DNA of 56,880 nt from Candidatus Limnocylindrales bacterium (GCA_044449785.1 JBIOII010000004.1:1-56880); one strand, 5' to 3'; shown: positions 46,607 to 56,547, counted from the first letter of the stretch. Translations and numbers: made by a program. Notes: a model not told the origin generated them from the sequence alone.

Positions 46607-48307
46607 ATGGAAATCCACTTCCTCGGCGCTGCCAACACTGTCACTGGCTCCCAGTTCCTGCTCGTGACCGAGCGGGCGAAAGTGCTGATCGATTGCGGCA
46701 TGTTCCAGGGCGGTCCGCACGAAGTCGTACGCAACCGCGTTCCAGTCTCGTACGACCCTGCATCGCTGGATGCCATCGTTCTGACACACGCCCACCTCGA
46801 TCACTGCGGCCTCATTCCTCACGTCGTGGCCGAAGGCTTCAACGGCCCGATCTACGCCACTCGGGGCACCATCGAGCTCGCCTCCCTGGTTCTGCTCGAC
46901 TCGGGCAAGCTCCAGGAGGAGTTCGCCAAGCGTCAACGCCACTGGGCGTCCAAGCACCCCGACAAGGCCGCCAGCGAAGAGCAGCGCGACGAGGCCGAGA
47001 TCGAGGCCCAGGAGCAAATCGCCGAGCAGGCGGAAGAGGCGCCGGCGGACAGCGCCAGCACCGGAGCCCCCGGCGGGCTGCACCGCGGCGACACGACGCC
47101 CGACGGTCACGTGATCGCGTCCGGGATCGACGAGCTCGCTCTGCACGACGAGCAGGGCCTGGGCACCCGAATGGGGTATCCGCCGGTCGGGCACCCGGAC
47201 CACGCCGCCGCCATGGCCGGCAACCCCGCCCACCCGAACCTCGTGCTCGAAGAACCGGTCTACGACCTGGCTCAGGCGGAGAGCTCGCTGACCCACTTCC
47301 GCGCGACCGACTACGAGAAGCCGCTCGAGGTCGCCCCGGGCATCACGGCCACCTTCCACGACGCCGGCCACATCCTCGGCTCATCGATCGTGGAGCTGCG
47401 TATCGCCGCCCAGAAGGACGTTCCGGCCCGCACCCTCGTCTTTTCGGGCGACCTGGGCCGCACCGGGGCCCCGATCTTGCGCGACCCAACGGTCCTGCGC
47501 GAGGCGGACTACGTGTTGGTCGAGTCGACCTACGGCGGCCGCGAGCACGAGCCGGAAGAGGAGTCCCTAAAACAGCTCCAGGACGCCGTCAACGACATCG
47601 TCGCCCAAAAGGGTGTGCTGCTCATCCCCTCGTTCGCGATCGGCCGCACCCAGGAGGTCGTGTGGGCGCTGAACCACCTCCTCGATGCCGGCCGCATCGC
47701 CAGGGTGCCGGTCTACCTGGACTCGCCGATGGCATCGAAGGCTTCGACGATCTACCGGGAGCACACGGACTACTACGACGCCGACACGCTCGCGCTCCTC
47801 AAGAAGGGCGAGGGCCCGATCGACTTCCCCGGGGCAAAGGAGACCCCCCTCCCCTCCCAGTCCGAGGCGATCGAGCGCTCGCGACGCCCGTACGTCCTCG
47901 TCGCCTCCAACGGAATGCTGACCGGCGGCCGCGTGCTCGGCCACCTGCGGACACTCATCGGCGACACGAAGGCGATGATCCTGTTCGTGGGATATCAGGG
48001 CGAAGCCACGCTCGGCGCCCGCCTTCAGGGCGGCATCAAGACGGCTCACGTCGACGGCCAGGAATACCAGGTTCGCTGCGCCATCCGCTCCATCACGGGC
48101 TTCTCCGCCCATGCCGACGAGCCGGAGCTGCTGGCGTGGCTCGGCAACTTCATTGCGGGCCGCAAGGCCGGCGACCCCGGCGTTCCCCGGCGCGTCTTCA
48201 TAGTCCACGGCGATCCGGACGCGCAGGCCGCGATCGAACCGAAGATCCAGGCCCTCGGCCTGCCGACGATCGCCCCGCACTGGCACCAGCACCTCGTCCT
48301 CGACTAA
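46607..48307 (+). CDS. MBL-fold beta-CASP ribonuclease-like protein
   Basis: THAHLDHCG, AGHILGS, SGDLG, ESTYG, FAIGRTQ, FSAHAD, VHGD. Confidence 0.92.
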   Translation: MEIHFLGAANTVTGSQFLLVTERAKVLIDCGMFQGGPHEVVRNRVPVSYDPASLDAIVLTHAHLDHCGLIPHVVAEGFNGPIYATRGTIELASLVLLDSGKLQEEFAKRQRHWASKHPDKAASEEQRDEAEIEAQEQIAEQAEEAPADSASTGAPGGLHRGDTTPDGHVIASGIDELALHDEQGLGTRMGYPPVGHPDHAAAMAGNPAHPNLVLEEPVYDLAQAESSLTHFRATDYEKPLEVAPGITATFHDAGHILGSSIVELRIAAQKDVPARTLVFSGDLGRTGAPILRDPTVLREADYVLVESTYGGREHEPEEESLKQLQDAVNDIVAQKGVLLIPSFAIGRTQEVVWALNHLLDAGRIARVPVYLDSPMASKASTIYREHTDYYDADTLALLKKGEGPIDFPGAKETPLPSQSEAIERSRRPYVLVASNGMLTGGRVLGHLRTLIGDTKAMILFVGYQGEATLGARLQGGIKTAHVDGQEYQVRCAIRSITGFSAHADEPELLAWLGNFIAGRKAGDPGVPRRVFIVHGDPDAQAAIEPKIQALGLPTIAPHWHQHLVLD

Positions 48308-48454
48308 CCGGCTGGCGCGAGCCAGGCGGAACCCACGACCCGGGCCGACGGCAAGATCGAACAGCGGAAGCCCCGGGCTCGTCTCTATTGATGGAGGCTC
48401 GACCGGGTGGCGCCGCGCGGCGCGTTCCTGTCGAGACGTGGCCGAGGAGCAACG

Positions 48455-49126
48455 TTGAAACGCTGGCGAGAGCGCAACTACGACCCTGCGGCGGACGAAC
48501 GCGACCCCGCGGCGCAGGGGCCGCTCTGGGTCGAGCCGCTGGCAGCTCGCCGGCGAGCTCGCTACGGCGCGCCGATCCTGATCGTCGGCTTCGTCCTACT
48601 CGCCTTCGTCGTCGCGATGTTCGGTCGCTTCGCGGTCTTGTTCTCATCGGCGGCCGACACGCCCCAGCCTCCGACGCCGATCGCGTGGGTGGATATCACA
48701 GTCGCCCCTTCCGTTGCGGCGTCGGCCGATGCCGGCTCCGCCGCGCCGGCCGATCCCATCGCCAGCCGGCGGCCCCCGCTATCGATCTCGGCGCAGATCT
48801 CGTCGGTCTCGGCCTTCTGGTACCGCAGCTCCGCGAGCCGCTTCACCTTGGATCTGGCCAATCCGACGGCCGGGCGGATCTCGATGGATCCCTGCCCCGC
48901 CTACCGCATCTACCTCGCCGGAACGGACAAATCGTCGGCGGTCCTGCGCCGGCTCAACTGCGCCGCAATCGGCCCGGTACTGGTCCCAGGCGGCGTCGTC
49001 TCGCTGGACATGGAGTACACGCCGGCAGGAAGCGATCCGACGGGAAGTCAGACCCTGGTCTGGGAGTGGGCTTCGCCCGATTCGATCCAGGCGATCGCCA
49101 CCGCCAGCGTGTTCATCGCTCCGTAG
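48455..49126 (+). CDS. Membrane-anchored hypothetical protein with extracytoplasmic Ig-like/DUF4232-like domain
   Basis: One TM, DPCPAY..RLNC Cys pair; GAGGAG SD before TTG. Confidence 0.55.
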   Translation: MKRWRERNYDPAADERDPAAQGPLWVEPLAARRRARYGAPILIVGFVLLAFVVAMFGRFAVLFSSAADTPQPPTPIAWVDITVAPSVAASADAGSAAPADPIASRRPPLSISAQISSVSAFWYRSSASRFTLDLANPTAGRISMDPCPAYRIYLAGTDKSSAVLRRLNCAAIGPVLVPGGVVSLDMEYTPAGSDPTGSQTLVWEWASPDSIQAIATASVFIAP

Positions 49127-49156
49127 GGCGCTCCGCGGATCGGCGACCCGCCCGCG

Positions 49157-49834
49157 CTACCCCGCCGCCGCGCCCGCGCTACCCGGAGCTTGGAGCGGGA
49201 TACCGGCGGCGCAGGCGGGGCAGGCTTCGGGGCCCGGATCGTAGGTGGGCAGCTGTAGCTGCCACAGCGCGCGGAGCGGGTAGTTGCGCCCTGTCTTCGG
49301 GGAGCTGAGCGAGGCCATCCCGCCCGACCGATCGGCCAGGACGGCGCACGTCACGATCTCGCCGCCGAATTCCTCGACGGCGGGCAGCATCGCCAGCAGC
49401 GAACCGCCGGTGGTCAGGATGTCGTCCACGAGCAGGACCCGCTCGCCGGGGGCGATGGTGAAGCCGCGCCGGAACTCGCGCCGCGAGACTCCGCCAGGGT
49501 CTTTCACCTCTTCGGCGAAGATGCTGCGGACGCCGAGCTGGCGGGCCGTCTCGAAAGCGAGAACCACTCCACCGGTGGTCGGACCGGCCACGACGTCCAC
49601 GAGCGGCGCGCCGTCGGGTCCTCGATGCCGCGCCGCCCAGAAACCGCACAGCTCGCTCGTCGCCGCGGGATCCTGAAGGACCAGGAACTTCTCGAGGTAG
49701 CGCTCCGAATGCTTCCCGCTCTTTAGCAGGAAGTGGCCCTCTTTGAGCGCGCCAGAACGGCGGAAGAGATCCTCCGTCCGCGTCGCGATCGCCTTCTGCG
49801 CAGCCAGCTCGACCTCGGATCGAATGGTCGTCAC
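49157..49834 (-). CDS. pyrE: Orotate phosphoribosyltransferase
   Basis: GHFLLKSGKHS, VLLVDDILTTGGS. Confidence 0.95.
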   Translation of the reverse strand: MTTIRSEVELAAQKAIATRTEDLFRRSGALKEGHFLLKSGKHSERYLEKFLVLQDPAATSELCGFWAARHRGPDGAPLVDVVAGPTTGGVVLAFETARQLGVRSIFAEEVKDPGGVSRREFRRGFTIAPGERVLLVDDILTTGGSLLAMLPAVEEFGGEIVTCAVLADRSGGMASLSSPKTGRNYPLRALWQLQLPTYDPGPEACPACAAGIPLQAPGSAGAAAG

Positions 49835-49853
49835 GGATGCCTCCTCGGCCGCC

Positions 49854-51041
49854 TCATGGCTTGTACTCGACGCCCTTGGCCGAGGGCGCCCCGGCTCGCT
49901 TCGGCAGCGCGGTCCCGATCAGCGGCCGATACGAGTCGAGGCCCCGGCGCAGGCATTCGGCCCGCAGCTCTTCGCCCAGCCGGACCGGCAGCTCCGGGTC
50001 GGCAAAGATGGCCGTTCCGACCTGGACGGCAACCGCGCCACAGGCCAGGAAGTCGAGCACATCGTCCAGGTTAGTAACGCCGCCGATGGCGACCACCGGG
50101 ATCGAGACGACCTGTGCCACCTCGTAGACGATGCGCAACGCCACCGGCTTGATGGCCGGGCCGGAGAGGCCGCCGTAGGTGTTGCCGAGGAACGCCCGCG
50201 TTCGATCCGGCGCGACCGCCAGCCCCGAGAGAGTGTTGATCGCGGATATCGCGTCGGCACCGGCCTCCTCGATCGCTTTGGCGATGGGCCGGACGTCGGC
50301 CACGTTGGGCGACAGCTTGACGAGGAGCGGCAGCTCCGTGGCGCGGCGGACCGCGGCGGTAACGGCCCGCGCTGCGTCGCGATCGATGGCGAATTGGAGC
50401 CCACCCTTGCCGACGTTCGGGCAGCTGATGTTGAGCTCGATCCCGGCGACGCCGGGAACACCGTCGAGCCGGCGGGCGACCTCGACGTAATCCTCGATCG
50501 ACTCGCCGGCAACGTTGACGATGACCGGCACCTTCCAGCCCTGCCAGATCGGCCCGTACTTATCGATGACGGCGTCGACGCCCGGGTTCTGCAGCCCGAT
50601 CGAGTTGAGCATCCCGCCCGGCGTCTCGGTCACGCGCGGCGGCTGGTTCCCGGCCCGCGGTTTGAGGGTCGTTCCCTTGCAGCAGATCGCACCGATCCGC
50701 TGGACGTCGACGACGTCGCCGTATTCGATGCCGTAGCCAAAGGTGCCCGACGCGACGAGGATCGGGTTGTCGAGCAGCAGGCCTCGCTCGGGCGCCAGGT
50801 CGACCGACAGGTCGACGCGGTCGAGCGCCTCGCGAGTGGCCAGGGTCGGCAAAGCGACGCTCGGCGAACCCAGGTTCGCAACCGCCGAGGCCCCGCTCTC
50901 GACGCGCAGCCGACCGGCTGCCGCGCTTCGGTTTCGATCGACCGGCACGATTGCGCTCTTGATCGTCCGGATGGTCGGCGTCCGCTTGGTCCTGGCGACG
51001 CGCACGTCCGCCGAGGTGACGACCTTCTTCTTCGACTTCAT
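49854..51041 (-). CDS. pyrD: Dihydroorotate dehydrogenase 1B catalytic subunit, with basic N-terminal extension
   Basis: ASGTFG, NSIGLQNPG, ELNISCPN, KLSPN, GGLSGPAIKP; start inferred. Confidence 0.93.
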   Translation of the reverse strand: MKSKKKVVTSADVRVARTKRTPTIRTIKSAIVPVDRNRSAAAGRLRVESGASAVANLGSPSVALPTLATREALDRVDLSVDLAPERGLLLDNPILVASGTFGYGIEYGDVVDVQRIGAICCKGTTLKPRAGNQPPRVTETPGGMLNSIGLQNPGVDAVIDKYGPIWQGWKVPVIVNVAGESIEDYVEVARRLDGVPGVAGIELNISCPNVGKGGLQFAIDRDAARAVTAAVRRATELPLLVKLSPNVADVRPIAKAIEEAGADAISAINTLSGLAVAPDRTRAFLGNTYGGLSGPAIKPVALRIVYEVAQVVSIPVVAIGGVTNLDDVLDFLACGAVAVQVGTAIFADPELPVRLGEELRAECLRRGLDSYRPLIGTALPKRAGAPSAKGVEYKP

Positions 51042-51051
51042 CGAACCTTGC

Positions 51052-51915
51052 TCAAGCGTGGGTCGGCCATGCGATCTCCTCCGCCGCGAAAACCGGGCCC
51101 TCGCGACACACCCGCTGCGGTCCGTCGACGCCCATGACCACGCAGCCCAGGCAGGCGCCCACGGCGCAGCCCATCGTCTGCTCCATCGAAACCTGGAGGA
51201 AAGCTTTGCGCCGAGCCGCTGCGGAGCCGAGCGGATCGGTCTTGCCCGCGCCCCTCCTGCGACCCAGCCGGGCAACTCCGAGCCGATCGCGGCGCCCGGC
51301 GGCGAGGTGGGCGAGACGCGCCAGCATCGGATACGGGCCGCAGGCAAAGGCCTGATCGGCCCATGCCTCGTACTCGGCCATGAGCTCGGTCACGAACCCG
51401 CGATGGCCGAGCGATCCATCGTCGGTTGCCACGACGTACTCGACCTCGTCGGGCAAGAGGCTCGACGGATAGACGTGACTCGCGCTCAGCGCCCCGAAGA
51501 GGACAGCCACCTGGCGGCCGTCGCGAACCGCCTCGTCGGCGAGCATCCGGATCCCGGCCATGCCGAGGCCCCCGGCGATCAGGAGCAGGTGGCGGCTCCG
51601 CGGGTCGACCTCGAACGGCCTCCCCAGCGGACCCAGCATGTCGAGCCGCTCACCCTGGCGGACGCGCGTCATCCACTCCGTCCCGCGGCCCACGGTGCGG
51701 AAATGGAGCGTGACGATGCCGGTGGCCGGATCGGCGGTGTTGATCGAAAACGGGCGCCGCAAGACTAGGCCGGAGTAGTCCCCGGTGCGGACGTGGACGA
51801 ATTGCCCGGCACGCGAGCCGGTCGCGAGCTCCGGGGCGTGGAACGACTGAAGCCATTGCCCCGGCAGTATCTGCCGGCTTTCGACCAGCTCAGCCGCGAC
51901 GAGGCGCATCGTCAC
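51052..51915 (-). CDS. pyrK: Dihydroorotate dehydrogenase electron transfer subunit
   Basis: LRRPFSI, GPLG, AGGLG, ACGP, MGCAVGACLGC..VCREGPVF. Confidence 0.95.
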   Translation of the reverse strand: MTMRLVAAELVESRQILPGQWLQSFHAPELATGSRAGQFVHVRTGDYSGLVLRRPFSINTADPATGIVTLHFRTVGRGTEWMTRVRQGERLDMLGPLGRPFEVDPRSRHLLLIAGGLGMAGIRMLADEAVRDGRQVAVLFGALSASHVYPSSLLPDEVEYVVATDDGSLGHRGFVTELMAEYEAWADQAFACGPYPMLARLAHLAAGRRDRLGVARLGRRRGAGKTDPLGSAAARRKAFLQVSMEQTMGCAVGACLGCVVMGVDGPQRVCREGPVFAAEEIAWPTHA

Positions 51916-52865
51916 CGGCGGTCGTCGCCCTCCCCGTCCTTGCCCGCCGCTGCATCGTCGGCCTCGCCCGCGTCGCCGTCCTCGCCGCCGCGCTCTTCTC
52001 CTTCGGCATCCGCCGAGCCGGCCGCCCCGGCCGGTTCACCGAGACCCGGGAACGATTCGGCAAGGGTGTCGGCCAGGTCGCCGAAGATGTCCGTCGGGTC
52101 GTAGAACTCGACGATGTCGTCCGGGCCGTCCAGCTTGCGCCACGTCCCCGACTCCGTCTCGTTCTCCGGTACGACCTCGGCGCTGAATGACCCGTTCGAG
52201 CGCAGCGTCAGACGCTCGTCGTCGTCGTCGACGATGATCAGGTCGCCGAGGACCGAGCTGAGCTGCGACGCACCCGACTCGAACTGCTCGAGGAGGTGCG
52301 CTTCGGTCTGCTGGCTGCGCTCCTGGAAGGCCAGCGCCAGGTCGTACAGCCGCTCGGCGGCCTCTTCCTCGCTCTCGGGCGGCTCATCGTACTGGCGCCC
52401 GGCGGCAGCCCAGTCGTCCGCGGCTGCCGCGTAGGGGTTCTCGCCGCCGACTGGGGTGGCATCCGCGGCACCGACGTTCCCGGACTTGAGCTGGTCGCCG
52501 GCGGCGGGTTCCGCACCGAGCCCGGACTCGAGATTCGTCGCGTCCTGAAACGCCGCGAAGACCTCCGCCAGGTTGTATAGCTCGACCAGCTCGGACGGGT
52601 CGTCGATGACCTCGGTCTCAGTGACCCACTTGCCAGTCGTCTCGTCCAGGTAGGGGTTCCGGCTCCGGAAAGTGAGATCGCCCTCGATCGCCAGGTAGTC
52701 GGTTTCCTCGTCGATCAGGACGAGACCACCCAATGCGGCGATCCGGTCGGCGTTCTTGTCAAGGAACTTCTTCAACTGGGCCGAGGCGGCCGCGAGGAAG
52801 TCCGCGCGCTCCAGGGAGGCATCCGCGGCGAGTTCGCCGAGCTGATCGTTGCGGCTCGTGTCCAT
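51912..52865 (-). CDS. Acidic hypothetical protein with an internal domain duplication
   Basis: 317 aa, host-like codon use, stop overlaps pyrK start (GTGA); two homologous halves. Confidence 0.8.
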   Translation of the reverse strand: MDTSRNDQLGELAADASLERADFLAAASAQLKKFLDKNADRIAALGGLVLIDEETDYLAIEGDLTFRSRNPYLDETTGKWVTETEVIDDPSELVELYNLAEVFAAFQDATNLESGLGAEPAAGDQLKSGNVGAADATPVGGENPYAAAADDWAAAGRQYDEPPESEEEAAERLYDLALAFQERSQQTEAHLLEQFESGASQLSSVLGDLIIVDDDDERLTLRSNGSFSAEVVPENETESGTWRKLDGPDDIVEFYDPTDIFGDLADTLAESFPGLGEPAGAAGSADAEGEERGGEDGDAGEADDAAAGKDGEGDDRR

Positions 52866-52877
52866 CGCTTCGGCCTC

Positions 52878-53204
52878 CTAACCCTTGAACTCTAGATCCG
52901 GGCCAATTCGCTCCCGGAGGAACATCGAATGGTGGCGCTCGAACATCCACTCCCCGGCGCGGTGGCCGAGGGCGCGGGCCGCCTCGTCTCGTTCCAGCTT
53001 GTCCAGCGTGGCGTAGTCCGGCAGATCCAGCAGTATCACGTTGTCGAAGTCCCAGCCGTGCGCGACGTTGTACCAGCCGATGAACTTGATCCCGAACTTC
53101 TCCTCGTACTGCCTCATCTGGCGCGGCAGCAGCGTCTTCATGAAGAACTTGAAGAACGGGTCACGACCACGGCGGACCGAGAAGAAGGTCGCAAGGACTG
53201 GCAC
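52878..53204 (-). CDS. Small hypothetical protein, NIPSNAP/ABM-like barrel
   Basis: 108 aa; GIKFIGWY..DNVILLDLPDYATLDKL; AGGAG SD. Confidence 0.75.
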   Translation of the reverse strand: MPVLATFFSVRRGRDPFFKFFMKTLLPRQMRQYEEKFGIKFIGWYNVAHGWDFDNVILLDLPDYATLDKLERDEAARALGHRAGEWMFERHHSMFLRERIGPDLEFKG

Positions 53205-53351
53205 GGGCTTTGCGGTCTCCTGACTTGTGAGCTGTGACGGTCGCCGTGGCGAGCCGCCGCGCGGCCTCCTATTCTCGCACGCCGGGCGGTTCGTCCGGCG
53301 ACATCGCCGGCGAGCTGCCGGCGGAGGCCGAAAGCGCGTATCCGCCCGATG

Positions 53352-54839
53352 TCAGGCTTCGTCCTCGCCCGCCCTCGGATCCTCGTAGGCGAGACGGCCG
53401 CCGGCAATTGTCAGCACGACGCGGCCGGGAACCTCCCGCCCGAGAAGCGGCGAATTCTTGCCCTTCGACAGGAGCGTCTCGGCAGTGACCCGCCAGCCCT
53501 CAGACCGATCGAAGACGACGAGATCGGCAGCCGCCCCCTCGACCAGGCCCCGCGGGCGAGCGGCTGCGGTGCCTGAAGCGCGCGTCCAGGCTGCGACCAC
53601 CCCGGCGGGACCGACGGTCAGTGCCGCGACGGCTCGGGCCAGCGGCAGTTTGCCAGCTTCGACGAGGGCGAGGAGCACGCTCAGGGCCGTCTCGATGCCG
53701 CTGATGCCGTTGGCGGCGAGGCCGAATTCGACTTCCTTGTCCACGATCGTGTGTGGGGCGTGGTCCGTGACGACGGCATCGGCCGTCCCGTCGAGGAGCG
53801 CTGCGAGGCAGGCTGCGGCATGGGCCGCGGTCGCGAGCGGTGGATTGACCCGCAGCGACGTGTCGTACGGCGACTCGGTCAGCGCGCCGTCGACCCACGG
53901 ATCGCGCGGCTTCCCATCCGAACCGATCGCCTCCCAGGCCCAGCGCCGCGAGCCGGCGATCCACTCGTCGGTGAACGCGAGATGGTGCGGCGTGACGTCG
54001 CAGGTGACGGGCAGGCCGCTCGCCTTAGCCCGCCGCACGAGCTCCAGCGCGGGAGCGGTGGAGACGTGGGTGAGGTGGAGGCGCGCCCGGGGCTGGTCGC
54101 CGAGTGCGTCGGCCAGGACGGCGAGATCGCGGGCCACTGCTCCGACTTCGGCGGCAACCGGCCATCCGGCGAGTCCGAGGACCGACGCCACGTAGCCTTC
54201 GTGCGCTTCCGCTCCGGCGGTCAGCTCCGAGTCTTCGGCGTGGTCGATGACCGCCAGACCCAGCATGCCGGCGTAGACGAGCGCGCTGCGGAGGAGCTTC
54301 GGCGTCTTGACCGACGAGCCGTCGTCCGAGTAGCCGAGGACGCCGGCGTCGGCGAGCTCACCCATCGCCGACAGTTGCTCGCCGGCGCGCCCCGCCGAAA
54401 CCGCCCCGTAAGCGAAGACCTCGACCGGGGATCCGCTCATTCGGGCCGCCGACCGGACGCGTTCCAGGATGCCCGGCTCGTCGAGCGCCGGTTTCGTGTT
54501 GGCCATCGTCACGACAGTCGTATAGCCACCGTGAGCGGCCGCGGCACAGCCGCTGGCGACCGTTTCCGCGTCTTCGAAACCGGGCTCGCGGAAGTGAGCG
54601 TGGAGATCGAGAAACCCGGGAGCCACGATCACGCCGTTGTCGGTGACGCCGGCAGCCTCGTCGCCCTCGAGCCAGACGACCGATTCCAGGATGCCGTCCG
54701 TGACGACTATCTCGCCGGGGCCCTCGCGCCCGGAGGCCGGGTCGACCAGCCAGGCCTTCTCCAGGTCGAACCGTTCGACCATCTCCCCGATTTTCGGACC
54801 GACCGCGTTCGCCCGGACTCCGTCGCCGTCCTCGCTCAT
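53352..54839 (-). CDS. pyrC: Dihydroorotase
   Basis: [36 protein letters not shown]; ATG overlaps true pyrB stop. Confidence 0.93.
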   Translation of the reverse strand: MSEDGDGVRANAVGPKIGEMVERFDLEKAWLVDPASGREGPGEIVVTDGILESVVWLEGDEAAGVTDNGVIVAPGFLDLHAHFREPGFEDAETVASGCAAAAHGGYTTVVTMANTKPALDEPGILERVRSAARMSGSPVEVFAYGAVSAGRAGEQLSAMGELADAGVLGYSDDGSSVKTPKLLRSALVYAGMLGLAVIDHAEDSELTAGAEAHEGYVASVLGLAGWPVAAEVGAVARDLAVLADALGDQPRARLHLTHVSTAPALELVRRAKASGLPVTCDVTPHHLAFTDEWIAGSRRWAWEAIGSDGKPRDPWVDGALTESPYDTSLRVNPPLATAAHAAACLAALLDGTADAVVTDHAPHTIVDKEVEFGLAANGISGIETALSVLLALVEAGKLPLARAVAALTVGPAGVVAAWTRASGTAAARPRGLVEGAAADLVVFDRSEGWRVTAETLLSKGKNSPLLGREVPGRVVLTIAGGRLAYEDPRAGEDEA

Positions 54840-55880
54840 CGAGCCGCCTCGCCGTGGGCCGCCCCGGCGGGGGCCGGGTCGTGGCCGCCCGCCAGCAGGT
54901 AGAGGAGCGCCATCCGGACCGCGACGCCGTTGGCAACCTGATCGGTTATCACCGAGCGGCCGCTGACGGCCACGTCCGGCGCGATCTCGACGCCCTCGTT
55001 CATGGGCCCGGGATGCATGACGATCGCATCGGGCTTCGCGAGGCCGACCCGCTCCGCGTTGAGCTGGAACCGCGCCGCGTATTCCCTGAGCGAAGGCAGC
55101 AGGCCGCCCTGCATCCGCTCGCGCTGGATCCGAAGACCCATCACGACGTCGGCGTCGCGCAGGGCGGCGTCGATGTCGCTCGTGACGTTGAAGCGGCCGT
55201 GGCCCGGCACGGCGCCGCCGCTCCAAGCCCCCTGCCCAACGATCCATTCCCCGCAAGAGAGTGGCCGGGCCGCACAACCACAGGTCCGCGCCGGCAGCGG
55301 TCAGAGACCAGATGTTGGACCGTGCCACTCGCGAGTGGAGGATGTCGCCCACGATCGCGACCTTCCGGCCGCGCAGATCGCCCCCGGACAGGTGCTCCCG
55401 CATCGTGTACAAGTCGAGCAGCGCCTGGGTAGGATGAGCGTGCCAGCCATCGCCGCCGTTGAGGATGTGCCCGCCGAAGATGTCGGCCGCCAGATATGGG
55501 GCACCGGAAACGGCGTGCCGCATGACTAGGATCTCGGCCCCGAGGGCCTCCAGCGTCCGAACCGTGTCGACCAGCGACTCGCCCTTCGTCACCGACGAGG
55601 TCGCGGTGGAGATGCTGACGACATCGGCCGACAGGTTTCGTGCGGCGGTCTCGAACGAGACTCGCGTCCGGGTTGAGGCTTCGTAGAAGAGCGTGGTGAC
55701 ACGGCGTCCGTTCAGAGCAGGCACCTTGCGGATCGGCCGGGCGAGGATCCCCTTCATCTCGTCCGTGGTCCGCATGATCAGCTCGATCTCGGGCCAGGTC
55801 ACGACGTCCAGGTCGATCAGGTGGCGGTGATGCCACGCAGTTGCTGGGGCGTTCTTCACGGCCGGGACTGCGATCGTCAT
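54836..55880 (-). CDS. pyrB: Aspartate carbamoyltransferase catalytic subunit; frameshift near 55230
   Basis: [24 protein letters not shown]; C-terminal LRIQRER..HPGP..RMALL in another frame. Confidence 0.92.
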
Positions 55881-56446
55881 CAGTTGCCTGCCTCCCCGGT
55901 CTCGTGGGGGCGGACCTGGCGGGCGATGCTGACCTCGTCGGAGCCGTCCACTTCGGTCACGTGGACCTTGACGATCTCCTCGCGCGACGTCGGTACGTTC
56001 TTGCCGACATGGTCCGCTCGGATCGGGAGCTCGCGGTGGCCGCGATCGATGAGCACCGCCAGCCGGATCGCGCGCGGCCGTCCGAAGTCGATCAGCGCAT
56101 CCATTGCCGCGCGGATCGTCCGGCCCGTGTAGAGCACATCGTCGACCAGCACGATCGTCATCCCGTTCAGATCGAAGGGCAGGTCCGTTCCCTTGACGAT
56201 CGGCTGCTGGGCCACGAGCGAGAGGTCGTCGCGGTAGAAGGTGATGTCGAGCGCACCGACCGGAGGCCGGACTCCCTCGTGCTCCTCGACGGCATCCGCG
56301 AGGCGCACAGCCAGAGGCACGCCGCGGCGCTGGATGCCGACCAACGTGAGGTCCTGCGTGCCGGCCTGCTTTTCGACGATCTCATGGGAGATCCGAACGA
56401 TGGCCCGCCGGATCTCGTCCCCGGTCATGATCTGCCGGTCGGTCAT
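55880..56446 (-). CDS. pyrR: Pyrimidine operon regulator/uracil PRTase
   Basis: [43 protein letters not shown]. Confidence 0.96.
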   Translation of the reverse strand: MTDRQIMTGDEIRRAIVRISHEIVEKQAGTQDLTLVGIQRRGVPLAVRLADAVEEHEGVRPPVGALDITFYRDDLSLVAQQPIVKGTDLPFDLNGMTIVLVDDVLYTGRTIRAAMDALIDFGRPRAIRLAVLIDRGHRELPIRADHVGKNVPTSREEIVKVHVTEVDGSDEVSIARQVRPHETGEAGN

Positions 56447-56466
56447 CGAAGCTTGCTGCCCTGCAA
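56443..56466 (-). other. 7-codon upstream ORF overlapping the pyrR start
   Basis: AAGGAGG-N8-TTG CAG GGC AGC AAG CTT CGA TGA; TGA overlaps pyrR ATG. Confidence 0.45.
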
Positions 56467-56474
56467 GGCGCAGT

Positions 56475-56510
56475 CCTCCTTCCCGGCCTCACCGTGCCGG
56501 TCGTTAAAGG
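56475..56510 (-). promoter_or_regulatory. PyrR-binding RNA hairpin
   Basis: CCTTTAA-CGA-CCGGC-ACGGTGAG-GCCGG-GAAGGAGG matches the CUUUAA..GUGAGG..AAGG consensus, directly upstream of pyrR. Confidence 0.82.
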
Positions 56511-56547
56511 TCGAGCGCAGGATACATCGCCGGAAGGGCCGCCGCCT

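Noticed and set aside
7421-49308. Long antisense or alternate-frame ORFs (e.g. 7421-9283, 17895-19934, 32580-34343, 46693-49308)
   Set aside because: Shadow ORFs expected at high GC; they overlap well-supported genes and have no motifs
53352-55880. 842-aa PyrB-PyrC fusion ORF
   Set aside because: Product of the pyrB frameshift; the intervening translation is junk and the real PyrB C-terminus is in another frame
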